Shown here: positions 35,285 through 45,083 of the stretch, piece after piece | Layout: every line of letters begins with the position of its first letter | Numbering within the stretch: the first letter of the stretch is position 1 | Assembly (NCBI GenBank): GCA_964478715.1 | Contig: CAYZIY010000001.1 | Location: forward strand, 149,196 to 213,195 | Length of the DNA stretch: 64,000 bases | Reading direction: 5' to 3' | DNA from: an uncultured Planctomycetales bacterium | Lineage (GTDB): Bacteria; Omnitrophota; Gorgyraeia; Zapsychrales; JBDRMG01 | Made by a program: the position numbers and the translations under genes | The notes under the pieces: model-generated | The model's input: only the letters and a program-made list of their open reading frames with translations | Databases searched by the model: none | Told to the model about the DNA's origin: nothing

Positions 35285-36124
35285 ATGATACTTTCAGTTG
35301 CCAGCGGAAAAGGGGGAACAGGCAAGACGACAATAGCTACCAGCCTGGCTCTGTCGTTAAAAAATGCGCAGATACTTGATTGCGATGTCGAAGAGCCCAA
35401 TGCCCATATTTTTATTCAGCCTGAAATAGAAAATTCTGAAACAATTTCCCTTCCTGTTCCTGAGATAGATGAAAGTCTTTGCGATCACTGCGGCAGGTGC
35501 CAGGAGGTTTGCGCTTACCATGCGATCGCGGTCTTGCCTCAGAAGGTCTTGGTTTTTCCTCAGCTTTGCCATGGATGCGGTTCATGTCATTATTTTTGTC
35601 CACGCAAAGCCATCAAAGAAGTGGATCAACGGATCGGTGTTGTGGAAACCGGATTCAAAGATGATCTGGCTTTTGCGCATGGACGTTTGGATATCGGCCA
35701 GGCCATGGCGCCGCCTTTAATCAGGGCGCTTCAAAAGCATGTAGACCCTCAAAAAATCAATATTATCGACGCTCCTCCGGGAACATCCTGTCCGGTGATT
35801 GAGGCGATTCGGGAGAGTGATTTCTGCATTCTCGTTACTGAGCCTACGCCTTTTGGTCTCAATGACCTGAGACTGGCCGTTGAGGTTTTGCGCAAGCTGA
35901 AAATTCCCTTTGGAGTGGTGATCAATCGTTCTGATTTGGGAGACTCCTGCACGGAGGATTATTGTCGCAAAGAGAGCATGCCGGTTTTGATGCGTGTTCC
36001 TTTTGACCGCGCTATCGCTGAAGGGTATTCGCGGGGGCAGACATTGGTTGAGACTAATTCTGAATATAAAGATCAATTTAATGATATTTATTTTCAAATC
36101 AATAAACTCATTAAACAAAGTTAG
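35285..36124 (+). CDS. MinD-superfamily P-loop ATPase with inserted 2x[4Fe-4S] ferredoxin (first of pair)
   Basis: SGKGGTGKT, DCDVEEPN, CDHCGRC..VC, CHGCGSC...CP, DAPPGTSCP, TEPTPFG. Confidence 0.9.
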   Translation: MILSVASGKGGTGKTTIATSLALSLKNAQILDCDVEEPNAHIFIQPEIENSETISLPVPEIDESLCDHCGRCQEVCAYHAIAVLPQKVLVFPQLCHGCGSCHYFCPRKAIKEVDQRIGVVETGFKDDLAFAHGRLDIGQAMAPPLIRALQKHVDPQKINIIDAPPGTSCPVIEAIRESDFCILVTEPTPFGLNDLRLAVEVLRKLKIPFGVVINRSDLGDSCTEDYCRKESMPVLMRVPFDRAIAEGYSRGQTLVETNSEYKDQFNDIYFQINKLIKQS

Positions 36125-37483
36125 GTGGATGACATGGAAAAGAAAACGGATATTTTAATTATAGGCGGGGGTCCGGCCGGGATGGTTTGTGCGATTACGG
36201 CAAAGAAATATTATCCGTCTAAAAACGTCCTGGTTATGAAGGATATTGAAAATGGCGTTATTCCCTGCGGAATTCCTTATATGTTTGCCAGCCTTAAGGA
36301 TCCCCAGGATAATGCTTTGGGCGCCGCAGCACTAAAGGACAATCACATTGAACTAGCCATTGATCAAGCATTATCGATCAATCGTGAGAAAAAATACATT
36401 GAGTCCGAAAAAGGCGACAAGTATTACTATGAAAAATTGGTTTTGGCTTGTGGTTCAACTCCTGTCGTTCTGCCTATTGAGGGAATCAACAAAAAAGGGG
36501 TCTATCCGATCCATAAGGATATGAACTATCTTAAGGATGTTATTGAAAAAATAAAACATTGCCGTAATGTGATTGTTATCGGAGGGGGTTTTATCGGTGT
36601 TGAATTTGCCGATGAGCTATCCACGAAAAAAGGAATCAATGTGAGCTTGGTCGAAATGCTTCCGCATCTTTTAGCCAATTCTTTTGACGAAGAATTCTCG
36701 AAATTGGCCGAGGACCGCCTGAAAGCAAAGGGTGTTCAGGTTTTGACTAAAACGTGCATTGAGGCCATTGTCGGCAACGAAAAGGCCGAAAAGGTTCGCT
36801 ATTTAAACGGACAGGAGCAGGTTGTCGATGCGGTTATTCTTGGAATCGGATCCAGGCCTAACGCACAGTTAGCGCGGGATGCCCAATTAGAGATCGGTTC
36901 CTGCAGAGGAATCTTGGTTGATGAATACATGCGCACGACCAGGGATCCCGATATTTTTGCGATCGGAGACTGTTCTTGCAAAAGGGATTTCTATACCAGA
37001 AAAGCAATTCCGGTGATGTTGGCTTCAACCGCAACGGCTGAAGCGAGAATTGCGGGCGCTAACCTGTATCAGATTAAAGTTGTCCGGGAGAACAAGGGAA
37101 CGATTGCGATTTATTCAACCTATCTGGATGGGTTAGTTCTGGGCTCCGCCGGATTAACTGAGCAAACAGCCCGTCAGGAGGGTTTTGAAATCGTGACGGG
37201 AATTTCAAAGGGGGTGGATAAACATCCGGGATCTCTTCCCGGCACAAGCCAGGGAATGATTAAGCTGATTTTTTCAAAGCAGTCCGGCATTATTCTAGGC
37301 GGTCAGATCAGTTGCGGGATGTCATGCGCTCAACTGATTAATGTGATCGGTATTGCTATTCAAAAGAGAATGTCCTTTACAGAATTAGAAACGCTTCAGG
37401 TCGCTACACATCCTTATTTAACCAGTGCTCCGACTAAATATCCCATTATTCAGGCTGCTCAGGATGCGTATTGTAAAATGTGA
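36125..37483 (+). CDS. FAD-dependent pyridine nucleotide-disulfide oxidoreductase (CoA-disulfide reductase/NADH oxidase family)
   Basis: IIGGGPAG, single redox Cys in PCGIPY, VIGGGFIGVE, IFAIGDC, dimerisation domain. Confidence 0.85.
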   Translation: MDDMEKKTDILIIGGGPAGMVCAITAKKYYPSKNVLVMKDIENGVIPCGIPYMFASLKDPQDNALGAAALKDNHIELAIDQALSINREKKYIESEKGDKYYYEKLVLACGSTPVVLPIEGINKKGVYPIHKDMNYLKDVIEKIKHCRNVIVIGGGFIGVEFADELSTKKGINVSLVEMLPHLLANSFDEEFSKLAEDRLKAKGVQVLTKTCIEAIVGNEKAEKVRYLNGQEQVVDAVILGIGSRPNAQLARDAQLEIGSCRGILVDEYMRTTRDPDIFAIGDCSCKRDFYTRKAIPVMLASTATAEARIAGANLYQIKVVRENKGTIAIYSTYLDGLVLGSAGLTEQTARQEGFEIVTGISKGVDKHPGSLPGTSQGMIKLIFSKQSGIILGGQISCGMSCAQLINVIGIAIQKRMSFTELETLQVATHPYLTSAPTKYPIIQAAQDAYCKM

Positions 37484-37505
37484 GCCTTAATCAAGGAATG
37501 GAGTT

Positions 37506-38375
37506 ATGAAGCAAATTGTTATCATCAGCGGGAAAGGCGGAACAGGCAAAACGGTGATCACGGCCAGCTTTGCGGCTCTGGCCCGAAATCATATTATGGC
37601 CGATTGCGATGTCGATGCCGCTGATTTGCATTTATTGCTGGAGCCAACAGTGAGTCAAACCCATGAATTCAAAAGCGGTTTAACGGCTCAAGTTGATCTG
37701 TCTCAGTGCACCCGCTGCGGGCAATGCCGTCAGATCTGCCGATTTCAAGCGATTGATGAGCATTTCCAGATTGATCCGATTGCTTGCGAAGGTTGTGCTT
37801 TTTGTTCTCATGTCTGTCCATTGGGGGCTATTACAATGAAAGAAAATACAGCCGGAGAGTGGTTTATCTCGGAAACCCGTTTCGGGATGATGGTGCATGC
37901 TAAGTTGGGTGTGGCCGAAGAGAATTCGGGGAAACTGGTCAGCCTGGTTCGTAGTCAGGCCAAGGAATTAGCGGCACAAAAGGGATGCGATTGGGTGATC
38001 ATTGACGGGTCGCCGGGCATTGGCTGTCCGGTTATTGCTTCTTTATCCGGCGTGGATTGCGCTGTTGTTGTGACCGAGCCGACCCTTTCGGGATTACACG
38101 ACGCCCTGAGGGTGATCGAGGTGGCCGGGCATTTTCATATTCCGACAAAAGTGATTATCAACAAATATGATTTGAATCCTCAGATATCTCAAAGATTGGC
38201 CGATGCCTGTGGCCGAAAAGGGGCTGATGTGATCGGGAAAATACGTTTTGATAAATCCATCGTTCATGCTATGGTGCAAAGAAAAACGGTTATTGAAGCG
38301 GCAGACGGAATCATTCAAAAGGAAGTGACCGATATCTGGGAAAGGCTGCAGAAGGAAATCCTAAAAGGCTTTTGA
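37506..38375 (+). CDS. MinD-superfamily P-loop ATPase with inserted ferredoxin (second of pair)
   Basis: SGKGGTGKT, DCDVDAADL, two CxxCxxC motifs, ENSGKLV, DGSPGIGCPV. Confidence 0.9.
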   Translation: MKQIVIISGKGGTGKTVITASFAALARNHIMADCDVDAADLHLLLEPTVSQTHEFKSGLTAQVDLSQCTRCGQCRQICRFQAIDEHFQIDPIACEGCAFCSHVCPLGAITMKENTAGEWFISETRFGMMVHAKLGVAEENSGKLVSLVRSQAKELAAQKGCDWVIIDGSPGIGCPVIASLSGVDCAVVVTEPTLSGLHDALRVIEVAGHFHIPTKVIINKYDLNPQISQRLADACGRKGADVIGKIRFDKSIVHAMVQRKTVIEAADGIIQKEVTDIWERLQKEILKGF

Positions 38376-38384
38376 AATTCACAG

Positions 38385-39023
38385 ATGAACATTTTTGATA
38401 AGGATTATAAAAGATACGATCAATGGTATGAGAAAAACCACTTTGCCTATCTGTCGGAGCTGGAAGCCATAAAGAAATACGCTCTTGCGAAAGGGCGGAG
38501 TTTGGAGGTCGGTGTCGGAACCGGCAGGTTTGCGGCTCCTTTGAATATCACAATGGCCATAGACTCCTCTCATAATATGCTCACATTAGCTGGCCACAGA
38601 GGGATCAATGTGCGTTGGGGAATGGCTGAAGATATTCCTTTTTCTAATGATCTCTTTGATGATGTTTTTATGATCAGCACGGTTTGTTTTGTCCATGATC
38701 CATCAAAAGCTTTGCAGGAATGCAAAAGAGTGCTTAAAGATGACGGTTGTTTAATTTTGGGAATGATCAATAAAAACAGTTTTTTGGGACACTGCTATAT
38801 GAAAAAAAAGAGTATTTTCTATCCACAGGCTCGTTTTTTCAGCGTGGAGGAAATAACGCAGTTGTTAGAAGAAGCCGGATTTGATAATCTGAAATACTAT
38901 CAGACCATCTTTGACCATCCCAAAAAGATCAGAAAAATCGAGAAGCCTCAAAAGGGTTTTGATAAAGGCGGTTTTATTGTTATCAAAGCCAATAAAAAAA
39001 CTTTCTTTCCTCATTTTATATGA
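38385..39023 (+). CDS. class I SAM-dependent methyltransferase
   Basis: YDQWY, LEVGVGTGRF, AEDIPF. Confidence 0.85.
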   Translation: MNIFDKDYKRYDQWYEKNHFAYLSELEAIKKYALAKGRSLEVGVGTGRFAAPLNITMAIDSSHNMLTLAGHRGINVRWGMAEDIPFSNDLFDDVFMISTVCFVHDPSKALQECKRVLKDDGCLILGMINKNSFLGHCYMKKKSIFYPQARFFSVEEITQLLEEAGFDNLKYYQTIFDHPKKIRKIEKPQKGFDKGGFIVIKANKKTFFPHFI

Positions 39024-39562
39024 TTCAAAGTATTCAATTATGCCTTAAGCATAAACGCAGGATCGATTTCAAAAAGAAGATGATCTTTTCACCCGGCTTC
39101 AATACCGTGATCGGCCCCAATGGCTCCGGCAAGAGTTCGCTTTTGCGCGCTATTGATGCTTGCCGAGCGTGCCGGCGTCAAGAAGAGACAAAGACGCGCT
39201 ATCATTATTTTAACAGTGAGACCATGAATCCTCACAGAGACGCAAGGTTCTTTAAGGGGATCGAAGGTTCTATGGTCAAAGTCCGGGCGATGTTTTCCTC
39301 TCACGGGGAGACCATGCGGGATGTGCTTCGTTGTATCAAAGTTGAACCGGGAGATTGTTTTCTTTGTGATGAGCCGGAAGCCGGTCATGATTTGAACTGG
39401 ATTATCAGAATCCGTAAAGGCTTGGACCAGTTGGTTAAAAGAAAATGCCAGATTATCGCGGCCTCCCATCATCCTGTCTTTTGGAATAAAGCAAACGTCA
39501 TTGAGCTTCAGCACAACTACAGTAAAAACACACGGGAAAAAATAAGAAAGTGGATTCGATGA
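39020..39562 (+). CDS. small ABC-type ATPase (SHGE-signature family)
   Basis: GPNGSGKS, SSHGE, FLCDEPE, ASHHP; only 180 aa, no permease adjacent. Confidence 0.75.
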   Translation: MIQSIQLCLKHKRRIDFKKKMIFSPGFNTVIGPNGSGKSSLLRAIDACRACRRQEETKTRYHYFNSETMNPHRDARFFKGIEGSMVKVRAMFSSHGETMRDVLRCIKVEPGDCFLCDEPEAGHDLNWIIRIRKGLDQLVKRKCQIIAASHHPVFWNKANVIELQHNYSKNTREKIRKWIR

Positions 39563-40299
39563 TTCTTAAAGAAGCTAAAGAAAAAGTTTTTCAGAAAGCC
39601 CAGCAGGAAAATCTGCTTGAGAAATCTGTTTGTGTTCGGGCTAAGGTGCTTTCGGCCGAAGAAGCCATCGGAAATCCCGAGGAATATGATTTTCCGCTTT
39701 TAAAGGGAAGAGAGAAGATCGTTGAAGCAAATTTTCAAACGCATAAAGGGCATGCCTTTAGTGATATGTTTGGAGGATTTCAAGGATCATTGAGTGATGT
39801 CCTTCAGATGCCTTTATCCAACAATTACCGCCGGTCTTTAGTGGTGGCGACATTAAATGCCGTTACGCGCTATTGGGGGCTTATTGATCAGACCGTTCAT
39901 TGCCGGGATCAGCAACCCAAAGAATGCGCAAAACGCTGTGTAGAATATTTTTCCCAACGGTATCCGTCAATCAAGAAACTGACTCTGATCGGTTTTCAGC
40001 CCGCTATGGCCGATGCTTTTTTAAAAACAGTGGAATTAAAGATTCTGGATTTGGATCCGGAGAATATCGGGAAAGAAAAATTTGGCGTGATGATCGAAGA
40101 CGGGATCAAAGATCTCAAAAAGGCCTCTCAATGGGGTGATGGGGTTCTGGCCACAGGTTCTTCTGTTGTCAATGGGACCATTGATCAGATCATGGAAACG
40201 GCTAAAGGCAAGAAAGTCATTTTTTATGGGGTGACCATAGCGGCTGTCTCTTATTGGGCTGATTTAAATCGGCTCTGTTTTGTCGGAGATGATCTGTGA
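39559..40299 (+). CDS. DUF364/Rossmann-like domain protein
   Basis: EEAIGNP..DFPLLKGRE, ATLNA, LDLDP.NIG, ATGS..VNGT, FYGVT. Confidence 0.7.
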   Translation: MILKEAKEKVFQKAQQENLLEKSVCVRAKVLSAEEAIGNPEEYDFPLLKGREKIVEANFQTHKGHAFSDMFGGFQGSLSDVLQMPLSNNYRRSLVVATLNAVTRYWGLIDQTVHCRDQQPKECAKRCVEYFSQRYPSIKKLTLIGFQPAMADAFLKTVELKILDLDPENIGKEKFGVMIEDGIKDLKKASQWGDGVLATGSSVVNGTIDQIMETAKGKKVIFYGVTIAAVSYWADLNRLCFVGDDL

Positions 40300-41081
40300 T
40301 GGAATGGATGGTTGTAATGAGCGTTTTTGCGGTGTCCTTTGTCTTTTCCATGTTTGGCATGGGCGGAGGGCTGATCTTTATGCCTCTTTTTATGAACCTT
40401 ACCGATCACTATTTCGAGGCTTCCGCGTACAGCTTTATGGCCATCTTTGCGACCAGTTTTTCGGCGATGATCGCTTATCATAGGCAGAAATTGATCGACT
40501 GGTCTCTGGTGCGTCGCCTGGGGCTGCCCCTGGCCGGGGCTGTCTTTTTGACAGGCCACCTTGCTGTCAATATTTCTTTTTCCCATTTGAAATGGATTCT
40601 CTCTGTTGTTCTTATGGCAGCCGGTACGAGCATGATGATGTTTTCCGCAAAAAAGACCACTCACAATAAGGATGATCAAGCCGAAGATCAAAGACCGGAA
40701 AGTTTGTTTATGCACTTCTTGACGGTTGTTTCCGGATTATTGATCGGATTATTTTCTGGTTTGGCCAGTGTGGCCGGCGGTGTCTTCGAGATTCCCCTGA
40801 TTGTGCACGGGTTGCGAAAGCCGGCACATGTCGCGGTAGCTACTTCGTCGGTGACGGTTGTCTTGGCTTCCCTACTGGGATTTATCGGACGGATTTCTTT
40901 TTATCCTCAATCTGTTGAGCCGGATATATTCTTGCTGATCGGAATTCTCATGGCGGCCGTTTGCGGAGGAAGTTTAGGGCCTCTGGTTTCCCTGAAGGCT
41001 CATAAAGATATTTTTAAAAAGCTGTGCGGCGCCTTTGTTTTTGTCATTGGCGCCGCTTATTTATTACGATCAATCCATTAA
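40296..41081 (+). CDS. sulfite exporter TauE/SafE family membrane protein
   Basis: GMGGG..F.P, SG..VAGG....P, AVATS; ~8 TM helices. Confidence 0.85.
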   Translation: MMEWMVVMSVFAVSFVFSMFGMGGGLIFMPLFMNLTDHYFEASAYSFMAIFATSFSAMIAYHRQKLIDWSLVRRLGLPLAGAVFLTGHLAVNISFSHLKWILSVVLMAAGTSMMMFSAKKTTHNKDDQAEDQRPESLFMHFLTVVSGLLIGLFSGLASVAGGVFEIPLIVHGLRKPAHVAVATSSVTVVLASLLGFIGRISFYPQSVEPDIFLLIGILMAAVCGGSLGPLVSLKAHKDIFKKLCGAFVFVIGAAYLLRSIH

Positions 41082-41093
41082 GAGGATGACTTT

Positions 41094-41963
41094 ATGAAAA
41101 CCTATGAAGAATGCATACCGTGTCTTTTGCGGCAGGCTCATCAAATTGCTGATCTGGCCACCAGCGATGAGACCTTAAAAAATGAAATCATCGATGATTT
41201 GGTGAGCCTGATTCCCGGACTTTCCTTTGAGTCTTCTCCGCCGGAAACGGCCCGTTTGATTCAGAAAAAGATTAAAAAAAAGGTCTTGGGAAGGGATATC
41301 TATAAAGACATCAAAGCAAAAAGCAATCAAATGGCTTTGAAGCTCTATCCACAGATGAAGGAAATGATTGAGCATTCCAAAGAAAAGCTGTTAACAGCGG
41401 TGGAAATGGCGATTGCCGGCAATGTCATCGATTATGGCGCCAAAAACACCTTAAATATTGAACAAGAAATTGATCAACTGTTTAAGGGGCAATTTCAGAA
41501 GCACGCCAAAGTTGTTTTTGATTTTGGTCAATTCAAGCAGGCGCTGAATGAGACTAACGAGATTTTGTATTTAGCCGACAATGCTGGTGAAATCGTCTTT
41601 GATAAAATCCTTATCGAAGAGCTTGTTTCACAAGGTAAAAAGGTCATCCTGGCTGTCCGTGGCGAACCGGTGATCAATGATGCTCTGATGGAAGATGCTC
41701 TCTCTTGCGGCCTGGATCAGGTGGCTCAAGTGATTTCAAGCGGCGTCGATGCACCGGGAACGATTTTAAAATATTGCTGTGAAGAATTTCTCACGATTTA
41801 CCGAAAATCACAACTTATCATCAGTAAAGGGCAGGGAAATTACGAGGCTTTAAGCGAGGAGAAAGAGCCGATTTATTTTTTACTGAGAGCCAAATGCCCG
41901 GTGATTGCCGATCATCTCAAAGTTGAAGTGGGCGATATTGTTCTTAAAGAAGCCAAAAGATAG
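41094..41963 (+). CDS. DUF89/ARMT1-like damage-control phosphatase
   Basis: ECIPC, AGNVIDYG, DNAGEIVFD, INDA, SKGQGNYE, KCP. Confidence 0.9.
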   Translation: MKTYEECIPCLLRQAHQIADLATSDETLKNEIIDDLVSLIPGLSFESSPPETARLIQKKIKKKVLGRDIYKDIKAKSNQMALKLYPQMKEMIEHSKEKLLTAVEMAIAGNVIDYGAKNTLNIEQEIDQLFKGQFQKHAKVVFDFGQFKQALNETNEILYLADNAGEIVFDKILIEELVSQGKKVILAVRGEPVINDALMEDALSCGLDQVAQVISSGVDAPGTILKYCCEEFLTIYRKSQLIISKGQGNYEALSEEKEPIYFLLRAKCPVIADHLKVEVGDIVLKEAKR

Positions 41964-41982
41964 AAGAGAGAGAATCTGTGAA

Positions 41983-42696
41983 ATGAATATCAAAGTCGTT
42001 TATGATAATGACTCAATGAATTGTCGATTTGCCTGCGGGTGGGGTGTGGCTTATATTATCGACGGTAAGATTTTGTTTGATACCGGAGATGAAGGACAAG
42101 CTCTTGAAAAGAATATTATCTCTGCTGGTTGCGATATTTCTAATTTGCAAACTATTGTGATATCTCATGATCATTGGGATCACACCGGGGGATTAAACCA
42201 GATTCTACCAAAAAGAAAAGGAATTTCCGTACTCGTTTGTCCGGATGTCAGCGAAAATATTAGGACGTCTATAAGAAATCTGAACGCTGATTTAGTCGAA
42301 TGCGGGCGGCCCTTTCAAGTAACCAAAGATATTTTTACGACGGGTTCAATGACCTGTGAATATAAAAAGACCCTGCTGTCGGAACAGGGTTTGGTGATAA
42401 GAACAGCCAATGGACACAGTCTGATTACCGGTTGCGCTCATCCCGGGATGGAGCAAATGATCAACAAGACGAGGGAACAATTCTCGATCGAACAGTTCTA
42501 CGCGGTGATCGGGGGATTTCACCTGTTTCGTGACAAAAAGAATGAGGTCGCGCAACTGGCTGATCGATTGAAGAATTCGGGTATCCAAAAAATCGGTCCC
42601 TGTCATTGCAGCGGGAGATTGGCTAAACAGATCTTTAAAGAGGTTTTTCAAAAGGATTATCTGCCCGTAGCCGCGGGGCAGCAATTTGATCTTTAA
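41983..42696 (+). CDS. metallo-beta-lactamase-fold hydrolase
   Basis: LFDTG, SHDHWDHTGG, TGCAHPG, GGFHL, PCHCSG. Confidence 0.88.
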   Translation: MNIKVVYDNDSMNCRFACGWGVAYIIDGKILFDTGDEGQALEKNIISAGCDISNLQTIVISHDHWDHTGGLNQILPKRKGISVLVCPDVSENIRTSIRNLNADLVECGRPFQVTKDIFTTGSMTCEYKKTLLSEQGLVIRTANGHSLITGCAHPGMEQMINKTREQFSIEQFYAVIGGFHLFRDKKNEVAQLADRLKNSGIQKIGPCHCSGRLAKQIFKEVFQKDYLPVAAGQQFDL

Positions 42697-42705
42697 GGGA
42701 TAAGC

Positions 42706-42733
42706 TTGCATAGACCCTGAATTTTGATATGAT
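42706..42733 (+). promoter_or_regulatory. possible sigma70 promoter for the thiol-redox block
   Basis: TTGCAT-N16-TATGAT with TG extension; RBS AAGGAGG downstream. Confidence 0.45.
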
Positions 42734-42760
42734 AAATCAACTGATTATTAAGGAGGATGG

Positions 42761-44443
42761 ATGATGGTATTACGAAAAACTTATCTGCTTAATAAGTATT
42801 TTCTGTTGATCTTCCTTGGAACGATTGCTCTTTATTGCTTTATCTTCTTACCTTTTGCGCAAGCTGATCCGCCGTCAAGCAGGGATGAAGCTATCTGCGC
42901 TGCGTATATTACCGGCATCGGTTGCGGCAATTGCGCGGTTTCCGATCCCTATATTTTCACCGAACTTATCCAGAAATATCCGCAACTGATCATCATCGAA
43001 TATGAGATTTACAAATCAAGAGAAGAAAACAAATTCGTTAAAGACGGTTATTTTGCTAATTATATTAAGGAAGGGCAACGGGCCGGCGTTCCGTTTTTTA
43101 TCTTTGATTCCAGGCATAATGCGATCGGCCGTTATGAGGTTCTCGATGTGGCCAAGCGCATTCATGATTTATCATCGAATCCTTGTCCTTTAGCCAATGG
43201 TAAGTCGCAAGATTTTGAAAGTCTGGATATCCGCACTCTGCCCGGCCAATATAATATCTGGACAAAAAACCGGGTCTTGTTATCTGCCGACGGCGGTGAT
43301 AAAAGCATATTAAAACGCATTCTTCTTAAGCGCGATATTTCCAGTGCCTTAGAGGGAGTTCATTTTCAGAAAGTCGACCCGGTACCAGTGGAAATCTCGC
43401 AGGGCAAGATTCATTTTGATTATGCGGTTACAATCGGCGACTGGCGATTGCAGTGGAACGGGGAACCGCTTAAGGTGAGAAAGAGCTTCCGGCTGGGCGA
43501 TGATGCGATGACATGGATTTTTATCTCGATCATTTTTCTTCTGGCCGTTTTCTTTTTCTTTAAAATTGAAAAAAGAGAAAAGACCATGGCCATTACATTC
43601 CGCTTTCAGCGCAAAAAGAAGGAAGTGATCATTGTCTTGATTTCGCTGTTGGCCATTCTGGCCTTTCTTCTTTTGACCAAAAACGTGAACCCTGACTATC
43701 TGAAAAAAATGGGATATCAATTACCGCTTCCGGTCTTTACGGTTTTCATCGCCTTGGTTGACGGATTCAATCCCTGCAATATGTTTGTCTTAACCTGTCT
43801 ATTGGCTTTATTAATCTCCAGCTCTGATTCTAAGGCCAGACTTTTTGCGGTGGCGATCAGCTTTGTGGTCGTGGTTTATATTATCTACTTTCTATTTATG
43901 ACTGCCTGGTTGAATATCTTTAAGTATTTCAGTTTCGTGGCCCCGCTGCGCATCGGAATCGCGATTTTAGCTCTGGCGGCCGGGATTATCAATTGCAAAG
44001 AACTGTTGTTTTTTAAAAAAGGTATTTCGCTCACCATCCAGGATAAGCACAAAGACACCCTCATGGGCCGCATGCGGGGGATGAAAAAAATTATTCAAAA
44101 CGGTTCATTCCCCATTTTGATTACCTCCAGTATCGGCTTGGCCACGCTGGCCTCTCTGGTAGAGCTTCCCTGCACGGCCGGTTTTCCGATTGTCTATACC
44201 GGTATTCTCTCGGGGAAAATTCTTAATAGCACGCTGGCCTATTATCTTTATCTGGCCTTTTACAATCTGATTTATGTGATCCCGCTTCTTGTGATCATTA
44301 CGATCTTTATCAACACCTTTCACGCCAAGGCCATTTCCGAGCGCCAGGTGCAGATCATTAAGTTTATCGGCGGCGTGATCATGCTGCTTTTAGGGATCGT
44401 GCTTTTGGTTAATCCCGGTTTGATCGGTCTGGGATTCGGTTGA
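42761..44443 (+). CDS. thioredoxin-like domain fused to a CcdA/DsbD-like transmembrane domain
   Basis: CGNC and GVP motifs; membrane region with DGFNPC and ELPCTAG paired Cys. Confidence 0.75.
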   Translation: MMVLRKTYLLNKYFLLIFLGTIALYCFIFLPFAQADPPSSRDEAICAAYITGIGCGNCAVSDPYIFTELIQKYPQLIIIEYEIYKSREENKFVKDGYFANYIKEGQRAGVPFFIFDSRHNAIGRYEVLDVAKRIHDLSSNPCPLANGKSQDFESLDIRTLPGQYNIWTKNRVLLSADGGDKSILKRILLKRDISSALEGVHFQKVDPVPVEISQGKIHFDYAVTIGDWRLQWNGEPLKVRKSFRLGDDAMTWIFISIIFLLAVFFFFKIEKREKTMAITFRFQRKKKEVIIVLISLLAILAFLLLTKNVNPDYLKKMGYQLPLPVFTVFIALVDGFNPCNMFVLTCLLALLISSSDSKARLFAVAISFVVVVYIIYFLFMTAWLNIFKYFSFVAPLRIGIAILALAAGIINCKELLFFKKGISLTIQDKHKDTLMGRMRGMKKIIQNGSFPILITSSIGLATLASLVELPCTAGFPIVYTGILSGKILNSTLAYYLYLAFYNLIYVIPLLVIITIFINTFHAKAISERQVQIIKFIGGVIMLLLGIVLLVNPGLIGLGFG

Positions 44444-44462
44444 TGATTCATTTCCCTATTTT

Positions 44463-45083
44463 ATGAAAATCTCCAAATTCGCAACGACACTCCTGACGCT
44501 GATCATTCTGATTGGCAGTATTTATGTCTTAAGATTTATCTCAACGCGAGTATTGGATCATTTCAAGGAGGAGTCCTTCTTGAAGGTCAAGGGGAATCCC
44601 GCGGCTCCTGTGCATATTATTGAATACTCGGATTTCTTTTGTCCGGCCTGCCGAAGAGGATCCGGGGAGCTCAAAAAACTTTTCCAGAAATATCCGGATC
44701 AGATTTATCGACAATACCGGTTTTTTCCTTTGGCCCGACTTCATCCGCAGATAATGGATTTGTGTCTGTTTGCACAATGCGCAGCCCAGCAGCATCAATT
44801 CTGGACTTATTATGATTTGTTGATGCGTGATCAGCAGAACCTCAAGAAGATGGGCAAACCGCGTTCATATCTTTTTGGGCTTGCGCGGGAAGCCCAATTA
44901 AATTTGTCTGAGCTTAAAAAATGTTTAGCCGATCCCCAAACGCTTTCTAAGATTCTAGCTGATCAACAGAGGGGAAAACGAAAAAAAGTTGAAGCCACGC
45001 CGACCTATTTTGTGAACGGAAAGAAGATTGTGGGCTATTTTAAACTCAAAAATGAAATCCAAAAGCAACTTCAAGACAACTGA
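44463..45083 (+). CDS. DsbA-family thioredoxin-fold protein
   Basis: KGNPAAPV.IIEYSDF.CPAC, FPL, ATPTYFVNG. Confidence 0.88.
   Translation: MKISKFATTLLTLIILIGSIYVLRFISTRVLDHFKEESFLKVKGNPAAPVHIIEYSDFFCPACRRGSGELKKLFQKYPDQIYRQYRFFPLARLHPQIMDLCLFAQCAAQQHQFWTYYDLLMRDQQNLKKMGKPRSYLFGLAREAQLNLSELKKCLADPQTLSKILADQQRGKRKKVEATPTYFVNGKKIVGYFKLKNEIQKQLQDN

Noticed and set aside
33911-38375. Nitrogen fixation cluster
   Set aside because: Only NifX-like domains and MinD-type ATPases are present; no nifH/D/K/E/N or radical-SAM NifB
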